DNA from: a virus
Taxonomy: Duplodnaviria; Heunggongvirae; Uroviricota; Caudoviricetes
Reading direction: 5' to 3' (one strand)
Virus record (IMG/VR): IMGVR_UViG_2606217100_000002
Length of the DNA stretch: 9,772 bases
This document shows, piece after piece, positions 1 through 6,960 of the stretch. The translations under genes and the position numbers were made by a program. The number at the start of each line of letters is the position of its first letter. Positions within the stretch are counted from its first letter, which is position 1. The notes below the pieces were generated by a model that ran no database searches, was not told the DNA's origin, and was given only the letters and a program-made list of their open reading frames with translations.

Positions 1-258
1 ATGCAAACCGTTATTTTTGGTCGTTCGGGTTGCCCTTACTGTGTGCGTGCAAAAGATCTGGCTGAGAAATTGAGCAATGAACGCGATGATTTTCAGTATC
101 AGTATGTAGATATTCGTGCGGAAGGGATCACTAAAGAAGATCTACAACAAAAGGCAGGTAAACCCGTAGAAACCGTGCCGCAGATTTTTGTCGATCAGCA
201 ACATATCGGCGGCTATACCGATTTTGCTGCATGGGTGAAAGAAAATCTGGACGCCTGA
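1..258 (+). CDS. grxA: glutaredoxin 1
   Basis: Complete 85-aa ORF with CPYC active-site motif near the N-terminus; sequence recognised as enterobacterial Grx1; TGA stop at 256-258 followed by a hairpin terminator. Confidence 0.93.
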   Translation: MQTVIFGRSGCPYCVRAKDLAEKLSNERDDFQYQYVDIRAEGITKEDLQQKAGKPVETVPQIFVDQQHIGGYTDFAAWVKENLDA

Positions 259-267
259 TCGTCTGAC

Positions 268-300
268 AAGCCCTCGCGTTGAGGGCTTTACTGATTTTTT
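268..300. terminator. intrinsic terminator shared by the convergent grxA and ybjM genes
   Basis: Stem AGCCCTC (269-275) / GAGGGCT (281-287) with 5-nt loop, followed by a T6 run at 295-300; lies between two convergent genes and overlaps the ybjM stop. Confidence 0.6.
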
Positions 301-665
301 CTGTGCTGTGGTTTAAACAAACTACTGATAAATAAGAAACACAGTGCCCCCAGCGCACACCAGAACACCGCGCTTAGTAACCATGCCAGCTCTTGCCAGA
401 ATGAGCGCGTCGGTGAAAAAAACAGCCGCATAATGAGCATTGAACAGGGTGCCGCCAGCATTGCGCCAAATAGAGGTTTCAGGACTTCTCTACGCTGTGA
501 AAAGAAACTGGCAACTGCTCCAGGAAGAATGAAAAATAGCAAGCCGATTTCAGGATGCCCGGCAGCCCGAAAAGCGCCTTTCATGTGCGTCGCCAGAAAA
601 AGGCACACCACAATGAAGAGGACAAAACAGCAGATTGCCCCCGCCCAACGTTGTTTATGTTTCAC
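288..665 (-). CDS. ybjM: inner membrane protein YbjM (function unknown)
   Basis: 125-aa ORF, very hydrophobic with several predicted transmembrane helices; conserved position between grxA and ybjL as in E. coli. Confidence 0.85.
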   Translation of the reverse strand: MKHKQRWAGAICCFVLFIVVCLFLATHMKGAFRAAGHPEIGLLFFILPGAVASFFSQRREVLKPLFGAMLAAPCSMLIMRLFFSPTRSFWQELAWLLSAVFWCALGALCFLFISSLFKPQHRKNQ

Positions 666-934
666 TCGTTCCTCCTGACACTGCGTCTATCGAACACATT
701 TTTCGCCAGTGTGGCGTTCAGTAAGATAAAGCCGCTTCGCATTCCATGCTAATATAGGCCAACGCAATTCATATAGCCGTTGATACCTAATGTGATTACA
801 CTAGTAAAATATATTGTTACTTTACTATCGTTTAGGTGCGCTGAATGAATCTGCGCCCTGAATTCTGGTAAAAAACATTATCGTAAATTACCATTTCTTT
901 CAACAGCTTACTAGTAAACAAGAAGTTAGCCTCC

Positions 935-2620
935 GTGAATATAAACGTCGCCGAATTGTTAAATGGGAATTACATTCTGTTATTATTTGTGGTCCTCGCG
1001 CTTGGGCTATGTCTCGGAAAGTTACGACTTGGTTCGATCCAACTGGGTAATTCCATTGGCGTTTTAGTCGTATCGCTGTTATTAGGCCAACAACATTTCA
1101 GCATTAACACCGATGCGCTTAATCTTGGCTTTATGCTGTTTATTTTCTGCGTCGGGGTCGAAGCCGGACCGAACTTTTTTTCCATTTTTTTTCGCGATGG
1201 GAAAAATTACCTAATGTTAGCACTGGTGATGGTTGGCAGTGCGCTGGTGATCGCCTTAGGGTTAGGTAAGCTGTTTGGCTGGGATATTGGCCTGACGGCC
1301 GGTATGTTAGCAGGCTCTATGACGTCGACACCGGTTCTGGTCGGTGCTGGCGATACACTGCGTCATTTCGGCATGGAAAGCAGGCAGCTCTCACTGGCAC
1401 TGGATAATCTGAGCCTCGGGTATGCCTTAACCTATTTAATCGGTCTGGTGAGTTTGATTGTTGGTGCGCGTTACTTGCCGAAATTGCAGCATCAGGACTT
1501 ACAGACCAGCGCCCAGCAAATCGCCCGCGAACGTGGCCTGGACACTGATGCCAACCGTAAGGTTTATTTACCGGTGATCCGCGCCTATCGCGTCGGCCCG
1601 GAGCTGGTGGCCTGGACCGACGGCAAAAATCTGCGTGAACTGGGTATTTATCGACAAACCGGCTGCTACATTGAACGTATTCGACGTAACGGGATTCTGG
1701 CAAATCCAGACGGTGATGCCGTGCTACAAATGGGCGATGAAATAGCGTTGGTAGGCTATCCCGACGCCCATGCCCGACTCGATCCCAGCTTCCGTAACGG
1801 TAAAGAAGTTTTCGATCGTGACCTTCTCGACATGCGTATCGTCACTGAAGAAGTGGTCGTTAAAAACCATAACGCTGTAGGTAAACGTCTCGCACAACTG
1901 AAGTTGACCGATCACGGTTGCTTCCTTAACCGCGTCATTCGTAGCCAGATTGAGATGCCGATAGATGACAACGTCGTGCTTAACAAAGGTGACGTTTTAC
2001 AAGTCAGCGGTGATGCCCGTCGCGTAAAAACCATCGCCGATCGCATCGGCTTTATCTCGATTCACAGCCAGGTCACTGACCTGCTGGCATTTTGCGCCTT
2101 CTTTGTTATTGGGCTGATGATCGGGATGATCACCTTCCAGTTCAGCACATTCAGTTTCGGCATGGGGAACGCTGCCGGGTTGTTATTCGCCGGAATTATG
2201 CTGGGCTTTATGCGTGCTAACCACCCGACCTTCGGTTACATTCCGCAAGGTGCATTAAGCATGGTGAAAGAGTTCGGCTTGATGGTGTTTATGGCAGGCG
2301 TTGGTCTGAGCGCCGGTAGCGGTATTAATAACGGCCTGGGCGCGATTGGCGGTCAGATGTTGATTGCCGGATTAATTGTCAGTCTTGTGCCCGTGGTTAT
2401 CTGTTTCTTGTTCGGTGCTTATGTATTGCGAATGAACCGCGCACTGTTGTTCGGCGCAATGATGGGCGCACGCACCTGCGCGCCGGCAATGGAGATCATC
2501 AGTGATACAGCTCGCAGTAACATCCCTGCGCTGGGCTATGCGGGCACCTACGCAATCGCCAACGTCCTGCTGACGCTGGCAGGGACAATCATCGTCATGG
2601 TATGGCCAGGATTAGGATAA
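935..2620 (+). CDS. ybjL: putative transporter YbjL (AAE-family permease with two cytoplasmic RCK_C/TrkA-C-like regulatory domains)
   Basis: 561-aa ORF with GTG start at 935; hydrophobic N- and C-terminal permease halves flanking a soluble central region; sequence recognised as E. coli YbjL. Confidence 0.92.
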   Translation: MNINVAELLNGNYILLLFVVLALGLCLGKLRLGSIQLGNSIGVLVVSLLLGQQHFSINTDALNLGFMLFIFCVGVEAGPNFFSIFFRDGKNYLMLALVMVGSALVIALGLGKLFGWDIGLTAGMLAGSMTSTPVLVGAGDTLRHFGMESRQLSLALDNLSLGYALTYLIGLVSLIVGARYLPKLQHQDLQTSAQQIARERGLDTDANRKVYLPVIRAYRVGPELVAWTDGKNLRELGIYRQTGCYIERIRRNGILANPDGDAVLQMGDEIALVGYPDAHARLDPSFRNGKEVFDRDLLDMRIVTEEVVVKNHNAVGKRLAQLKLTDHGCFLNRVIRSQIEMPIDDNVVLNKGDVLQVSGDARRVKTIADRIGFISIHSQVTDLLAFCAFFVIGLMIGMITFQFSTFSFGMGNAAGLLFAGIMLGFMRANHPTFGYIPQGALSMVKEFGLMVFMAGVGLSAGSGINNGLGAIGGQMLIAGLIVSLVPVVICFLFGAYVLRMNRALLFGAMMGARTCAPAMEIISDTARSNIPALGYAGTYAIANVLLTLAGTIIVMVWPGLG

Positions 2621-2661
2621 AACTGAAGTTGCCCTGAAAATGAAATTTTTTTGCACAACCG

Positions 2662-2690
2662 CAGAACTTTTCCGCAGGGCATCAGTCTTA
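2662..2690 (+). promoter_or_regulatory. sigma-E-type promoter of rybB
   Basis: aGAACTT (2663-2669) resembles the sigma-E -35 GGAACTT; 16-nt spacer; TCTTA (2686-2690) resembles the sigma-E -10 TCTGA/TCAAA; about 6 nt upstream of the RybB 5' end at 2697. Confidence 0.55.
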
Positions 2691-2696
2691 ATTAGT

Positions 2697-2775
2697 GCCA
2701 CTGCTTTTCTTTGATGTCCCCATTTTGTGGAGCCCATCAACCCCGCCATTTCGGTTCAAGGTTGATGGGTTTTTT
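2697..2775 (+). ncRNA. rybB: RybB small regulatory RNA (Hfq-dependent, sigma-E regulon, represses outer-membrane protein mRNAs)
   Basis: 79-nt sequence starting GCCACTGCTTTTCTTTGATGTCCCC (the known RybB seed) and ending in a 10-bp stem (CCCATCAACC 2733-2742 / GGTTGATGGG 2760-2769) plus T6 (2770-2775); located downstream of ybjL as in E. coli. Confidence 0.85.
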
Positions 2776-2833
2776 GTTGCCTGAAATTTATGCTATTTAA
2801 AATCATGATGTTAGAAGCACTGTTTTTTAACGA

Positions 2834-2855
2834 TGGCGACAAAATGGCGGCAGCG
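2834..2855 (+). repeat. 22-bp direct repeat, left copy (TGGCGACAAAATGGCGGCAGCG); candidate att core or Int arm-type site pair
   Basis: Matches 9733-9754 at 21 of 22 positions in the same orientation; directly abuts the ogr stop codon; contains two TGGCG half-sites spaced 11 bp apart. Confidence 0.5.
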
Positions 2856-3074
2856 TCAAAGAGAGAGCGCCACCTGTCCTGATTTCATTGGATGCGGCTG
2901 AACCGGATTTGACTCTTTGGGCGTTGCAATCGAACGAACAAAAGTTTCATGGGTAACAAAAGTATGGCTGCAGTTAATGTTCTGGCACTGGTTGTAACGC
3001 TCTTTGGTCAATGAAGATACCTGAAAACTGCTGCGAGTATGGGCGGCACTTCCACACAGTGGGCAAATCATCAT
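2856..3074 (-). CDS. ogr: Ogr/Delta-family zinc-finger late-gene transcriptional activator
   Basis: About 72 aa from ATG at 3074 (GGGAGA RBS 8 nt upstream); C-x2-C ... C-x4-C zinc-binding pattern (CPLCGSAAH ... CQNINCSHTF) resembling P2 Ogr; sits downstream of D as in P2. The tracked ORF extends to a GTG at 3107, which seems less likely. Confidence 0.85.
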   Translation of the reverse strand: MMICPLCGSAAHTRSSFQVSSLTKERYNQCQNINCSHTFVTHETFVRSIATPKESNPVQPHPMKSGQVALSL

Positions 3075-3164
3075 TTTTCGAGTTCTCCCCATTTTTGCTA
3101 AATTCACAATAATGATACCGCATTATTCCATTTTGCAAACTTAAAAGTTCTCCATTGCGAAGAA

Positions 3165-4265
3165 TCATTCCATTTCGAAATCATCAATCCTCACTTCAAG
3201 CTCCAGACTGGTCGTAAAACCATTATCCGGGCTGACGGTATGTGTCAGAGTCGTAATGGTCCATTCCGCATCATCTATCGGCTGTTTAAAGCCACTGACT
3301 TTCACTGGCATTTCCGTGTAGAGATCTGCCCGCCCTTCCGCCAGTTGTAGCGAGAATGACGCAACGCCGCGTTGCAGGCGTTCCCACTGCATTTTTGCCG
3401 CTCGTTCGGCGTTGCTCCGGTTGGCATAAGTGCGATTAAGTACCAGCACGTTTTCATCCGTCCCCACCAGGTAATCGCCCTGCTTCGCTTCCGGCTCTTT
3501 CTTCTGCTTCTTGGTCCTGCGATTACGCTTCACTGTAGTGCTTTCTTTCTTCGCAGGTTCGCGGGTATGCAACCAGCTGGCAATTACGCCCGTGTAGGCT
3601 CCGCGATCCGCCAGGGTAAAGCGGTGACTGTCGCCGTCCTTGCGTGTGATAGTGATCACCGGCAGTGGTTTACCGCTGGCACTTTTACCCTGTCCCTGCC
3701 GGATGAATAACAGATTGCTATTTTTCACCGACGCAATAGCACCGTACTGGCGCGCCAGCCGCATCAGAAAACTGCCGTCACTCTCATTAGTCTGGTCTAT
3801 ATGATCCACGGGTTTATCCGACAGGTCTTTACCCAGTGCCATCTTCAGTTTGTGACGCGCAGCTATTTCCTTCACCACTTCCCCGACCGTGGTCTTGTGC
3901 CACGATTTTTCACGGCGGGTATTCAGCGTTTCCCGAAAATCAGCACTTCGCGCCCGGATGGTCAGGCGGTCCGGTGCGCCAGTGTGTTCAATCTCGTCCA
4001 CCGTGAATGCCCCTTTCGGGAAAAGCGGCTGCCCCTTCCAGCCCAGCGCCAGCGTAATGACCGCACCACGGCGCGGCAGCACGATTTTTCCGTCGGCGTC
4101 GTCCAGCTCCAGATCAAGCTGGTCTGCTTCAAAGCCCCGGTTATCCGTCAGCGTCAGCCCCATCAGGCGGTTGTCCAGCACAGTGGTGATATCCCTGCCT
4201 TCAATACTGATGCTGAATGCCGGAGTTTTGTTACCTTTGTTAAGCAGTTCAGAGCTGAAATTCAC
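3165..4265 (-). CDS. gpD: P2 gpD-like tail protein (late control gene D family)
   Basis: 366-aa ORF immediately upstream of ogr, the gpD position in P2; start overlaps the upstream gene stop in an ATGA arrangement (translational coupling); GC-rich phage-type composition. Confidence 0.8.
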   Translation of the reverse strand: MNFSSELLNKGNKTPAFSISIEGRDITTVLDNRLMGLTLTDNRGFEADQLDLELDDADGKIVLPRRGAVITLALGWKGQPLFPKGAFTVDEIEHTGAPDRLTIRARSADFRETLNTRREKSWHKTTVGEVVKEIAARHKLKMALGKDLSDKPVDHIDQTNESDGSFLMRLARQYGAIASVKNSNLLFIRQGQGKSASGKPLPVITITRKDGDSHRFTLADRGAYTGVIASWLHTREPAKKESTTVKRNRRTKKQKKEPEAKQGDYLVGTDENVLVLNRTYANRSNAERAAKMQWERLQRGVASFSLQLAEGRADLYTEMPVKVSGFKQPIDDAEWTITTLTHTVSPDNGFTTSLELEVRIDDFEME

Positions 4266-4747
4266 GACAGCAGCCCTCCCACCGTTTTACTGATATCGCT
4301 TAATGCAGACGTTGCCGTATCCTGCAGATTATTCAGTTGCGTACTGAGATCACCGAACATATCGGACAGGGATTCATCCACCCGTTTGAGCGACAGGGTG
4401 AACTCAATCCGGCGCGGCATACCGTCGCGGAAAAACTCCGTTTTAGTCAGATTCAGTCCCTCAATCACATACATGCCGTAAATCGTGCCACTGCCTTCAA
4501 TCAGGGGCCATGCTTTTCCCTGTTCTGCCATCTGCTCCAGAGCCAGCAACGACAGCCTGCCGCCCGTTATCTCCGGCATAAGAACACCAGAAAGCGTCAG
4601 CATGTCGTTGTCCGGTCCCAGAAACTGCGTGGACGGACGACGGTTTACCCGGCTGTTTGCCGCATGTCGCCAGCTGCGTTGATACTGCAGTTCCTGATAC
4701 GGAACGGTGCGCAGCATAAACACGTACAATCCCAGCACCATCATCAT
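4262..4747 (-). CDS. gpU: P2 gpU-like tail protein
   Basis: 161-aa ORF between the T remnant and D, matching P2 order T-U-D; ATGA overlaps at both ends (4744-4747 and 4262-4265). Confidence 0.78.
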   Translation of the reverse strand: MMMVLGLYVFMLRTVPYQELQYQRSWRHAANSRVNRRPSTQFLGPDNDMLTLSGVLMPEITGGRLSLLALEQMAEQGKAWPLIEGSGTIYGMYVIEGLNLTKTEFFRDGMPRRIEFTLSLKRVDESLSDMFGDLSTQLNNLQDTATSALSDISKTVGGLLS

Positions 4748-5994
4748 GCGTCGTAACCCCCCTGATCGCTGTAGTTACTCCTGGCTTTTGCCTTCAGCCT
4801 GCGTTCACGTTCATCAAGCTGGCGGGCCACCTCCCGCGCAATATCCTGCGCACTTTGTCCAGGCTGCGTCTGGATGATGATCTGCATCGGTGCCTCAATC
4901 CTGTAAACGGGCGGCACAGTGGCTGCGCGACTCACCATCGCTTCTCCACCTTTCGCGGGAAGTGCCAAAGGGTGCAACGGTGGAAGCTCTGCTGGCGCGG
5001 CAGCAACGCCCATCATTCCGGCAACAACGGCAGCCAGTGCAGCTGTATTTCTCCGGCTGGTCACATTTGCCGGGCCATTAACAATTTCCGGCCCGTTTTC
5101 ACCGACGATGCCAAACTGCCCGCGCGGGATATAGCCGCCGCTGTCATACATCCCCGCAAAGCCATATCCCCATGACGGAAAACCACCCGATGGCATCATC
5201 ACTTTACCGTCTGCATTCACCGTCGCAGTTTGCTGACGCGTCACGCTTTCCGGCAGTTTTGCCTTTGCGGCCTCTTTACTGACAATGCCGAGCTTCTCCA
5301 GCAACCAGGAAACGCCGGATTTCAGGGAGTCCAGCGGATGCATGACCATATTCAGCCCTTCCGCCAGTGCCTCCCCGAATCGTCGCCCCATTGCCGCTGC
5401 GCTCTGCAGTTCGGCAGAGGTCGACTTAACGGGCGTCAGCAGATCAGTAAACCAGCCCCACAGCGCCTGTACTTTGTCGCCAATCCACTGAAACACAGGC
5501 TTAAGTGGTTCGAATGCAGCACTGATGGGACCTGCCGCCGCTTTGAATCCTTCCACCACGCCACCGATAAATGCGGTGATGGGTTGCCAGTATTTCCAGA
5601 CAACCAGCGCCACGCCCGCCAGTGCAGTAACCACAAGACCTATCGGACTGAGCAGAGCACCTACCGCACCTGCTGCAACACGCCCGATCTCTGCAGTTGC
5701 GCTCATGACGTAATGCGGCAGTTTCTCTTTTGCTACCTCATTAATCGGTACACATGGCAGACAATGAATCTGTGCCAGAAAACCATCTACCAACGTTGAA
5801 TCTTCAGTCAGATCGGTAAGCAGCCAGATTTCTGGTGCGGTTAATAAATGAGGTTGAGCTGGGTTCAGCTTGTTCCGCAGAATCTGCACATTCATGCCCG
5901 CACGTTCTGCCAGTTGCACCAGATTGTGGCGCAGTGCGAATGCACGACAGGCTTCATCAAAATGTGGATGTTTGGAAACTTGGTAATCAAACAT
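4744..5994 (-). CDS. chimeric ORF: N-terminal ~100 aa of a 186 CII-like regulator fused in frame to the C-terminal ~300 aa of a tail tape-measure protein (gpT remnant)
   Basis: From ATG at 5994 (GAGGTG RBS upstream) the first ~100 aa ([19 protein letters not shown] ... [25 protein letters not shown]) resemble phage 186 CII family regulators; the remainder is Gly/Ala-rich hydrophobic sequence typical of the C-terminal part of P2-type tape-measure proteins and is followed by U and D. The tracked ORF start at 6048 would overlap the upstream gene. Confidence 0.62.
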   Translation of the reverse strand: MFDYQVSKHPHFDEACRAFALRHNLVQLAERAGMNVQILRNKLNPAQPHLLTAPEIWLLTDLTEDSTLVDGFLAQIHCLPCVPINEVAKEKLPHYVMSATAEIGRVAAGAVGALLSPIGLVVTALAGVALVVWKYWQPITAFIGGVVEGFKAAAGPISAAFEPLKPVFQWIGDKVQALWGWFTDLLTPVKSTSAELQSAAAMGRRFGEALAEGLNMVMHPLDSLKSGVSWLLEKLGIVSKEAAKAKLPESVTRQQTATVNADGKVMMPSGGFPSWGYGFAGMYDSGGYIPRGQFGIVGENGPEIVNGPANVTSRRNTAALAAVVAGMMGVAAAPAELPPLHPLALPAKGGEAMVSRAATVPPVYRIEAPMQIIIQTQPGQSAQDIAREVARQLDERERRLKAKARSNYSDQGGYDA

Positions 5995-6026
5995 GGTCGA
6001 CACCTCTGATGTATCCCAAAATGGAA

Positions 6027-6248
6027 CTAGTTGAATACAACATTGCAATCAGTAAGTGCATCAACGGTAAGAGCAGCAAGGTTGATCATTACCTTTTCTC
6101 TTTTCTTGTCTTTACGAAGACGATGCCGAGGAATGCGACCATCCGCCAACATATCGTTGATTGTGTCGATTGAAAGACCAGTAAGTTCGCTATAACGCTC
6201 GATTGTGACGTGTGGCGTATTCAGAGTTATTGAAATGTTAGGGGTCAT
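6027..6248 (-). CDS. Apl/Cox-like small DNA-binding protein (excisionase / lytic-switch regulator)
   Basis: 73-aa ORF from ATG at 6248 (AGGAG 10 nt upstream); first gene of the leftward operon, divergent from cI and followed by the cII-like gene (the apl position in 186); helix-turn-helix-like segment [25 protein letters not shown]. The tracked start at 6365 would overlap cI. Confidence 0.55.
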   Translation of the reverse strand: MTPNISITLNTPHVTIERYSELTGLSIDTINDMLADGRIPRHRLRKDKKREKVMINLAALTVDALTDCNVVFN

Positions 6249-6298
6249 GATGCAACATCTCCTATTGGCTTGTGGTGAGCCTGTAGTAATCGTGACAA

Positions 6299-6314
6299 GT
6301 ACCCAATTGGGTAC
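6299..6314. promoter_or_regulatory. perfect 16-bp palindromic operator GTACCCAATTGGGTAC in the lysis/lysogeny switch
   Basis: Perfect inverted repeat in the cI-apl intergenic region, located at about +1 to +16 of the predicted leftward early promoter and 30 bp upstream of the cI start. Confidence 0.5.
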
Positions 6315-6321
6315 AAAACTG

Positions 6322-6350
6322 ATACTAGGATCGCAAAAGAGATATGTCAA
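6322..6350 (-). promoter_or_regulatory. early (lytic, pR/Pe-like) sigma-70 promoter driving apl/cox and the cII fusion
   Basis: On the minus strand TTGACA (plus coordinates 6345-6350, overlapping the cI start codon), a 17-nt spacer, then TAGTAT (6322-6327); predicted start near 6314 at the edge of the palindrome. Confidence 0.5.
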
Positions 6351-6940
6351 CATCAAAGTACCCAAGTGAGATCAAAATAAATCCCAATAAAGGTGGTAAG
6401 GCTGCGATTGAGCGATTAGTCGAAGCCTATGGCTTTACGACACGACAGGCTTTAGCTGATCACTTGGAAGTATCAAAAAGCACACTAGCGAACAGGTATT
6501 TGCGGGATACATTTCCTGCTGACTGGATAATCCAATGTGCTCTTGAAACAGGAACCTCCCTCAAATGGTTAACTACCGGACAAGGCCTTAAGCAAAGCTC
6601 GCTGACAGCAGCTACAGAAGAGCTTGTTAAGTTTCGCCTTGCCGCAGGCAAAATGATTGAAGACGGTTCATATGTCTTCGATTCATCATTTCTTCCTGCA
6701 AACCTTTCATCACCAATTGTTGTTCAGGATGGACTCGTCACATACATTTGTGATCAAAAATTTTCTGAAGTACTTGATGGAAACTGGTTAATCAATATCG
6801 ACGGAACCTATTCCATTCGAAAAATCACAAGGCTTCCTAAAGGAATGATTAAAATTACAACAGCAGAGAATAGCTTTGAATGTGCATTTTCTGATATTGA
6901 AGTGGTTGCTTGTATAAGAAGTACAATAGTCTCGAATTAA
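6344..6940 (+). CDS. cI: phage CI-type immunity repressor (186 CI-like: N-terminal HTH plus C-terminal oligomerisation domain)
   Basis: 198-aa ORF; N-terminal helix-turn-helix region (GFTTRQALADHLEVSKSTLANRYL) typical of the phage CI repressor family; divergent from the apl/cox-like gene and upstream of int as in P2/186. Confidence 0.8.
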   Translation: MSTSKYPSEIKINPNKGGKAAIERLVEAYGFTTRQALADHLEVSKSTLANRYLRDTFPADWIIQCALETGTSLKWLTTGQGLKQSSLTAATEELVKFRLAAGKMIEDGSYVFDSSFLPANLSSPIVVQDGLVTYICDQKFSEVLDGNWLINIDGTYSIRKITRLPKGMIKITTAENSFECAFSDIEVVACIRSTIVSN

Positions 6941-6960
6941 TATAGTAAAAGGATTTTAAA

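Noticed and set aside
433-752. Plus-strand ORFs (81 aa and 65 aa) overlapping ybjM
   Set aside because: Antisense to a well-supported membrane-protein gene; Arg/Ala-rich shadow-ORF composition and no RBS context.
970-1915. Minus-strand ORFs (71, 128, 63 aa) inside ybjL
   Set aside because: Fully contained within the ybjL coding region on the opposite strand; typical antisense shadow ORFs.
2743-2769. GGTTCAAGG within the hairpin loop, resembling a tRNA T-loop, as a possible tRNA-derived att site
   Set aside because: No cloverleaf can be built around it; it is the loop and 3' stem of the RybB terminator hairpin.
2974-3168. 64-aa minus-strand ORF overlapping the ogr start region, and the extended 83-aa ogr ORF starting at 3107
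   Set aside because: Alternative frame or upstream extension; the ATG at 3074 has a GGGAGA RBS and gives an Ogr-sized protein with the zinc finger near the N-terminus.
3372-4756. Plus-strand ORFs of 112-226 aa across the D and U genes
   Set aside because: Antisense to the syntenic P2 tail genes; Arg/Ser/Pro-rich translations characteristic of GC-rich shadow frames.
4855-5799. Multiple plus- and minus-strand ORFs (62-189 aa) within the tape-measure remnant
   Set aside because: Overlap the long minus-strand ORF in other frames; low-complexity Ala/Arg/Pro-rich translations with no start context.
5835-6173. 112-aa plus-strand ORF spanning the cII fusion start and the apl/cox gene
   Set aside because: Antisense to two consecutive phage regulatory genes that fit the 186/P2 operon layout; no RBS.
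6027-6365. Longer 112-aa form of the apl/cox-like ORF and longer 434-aa form of the fusion ORF (to 6048)
   Set aside because: The upstream extensions would overlap the cI start and promoter elements, or the preceding gene; internal ATGs at 6248 and 5994 have proper Shine-Dalgarno sequences.
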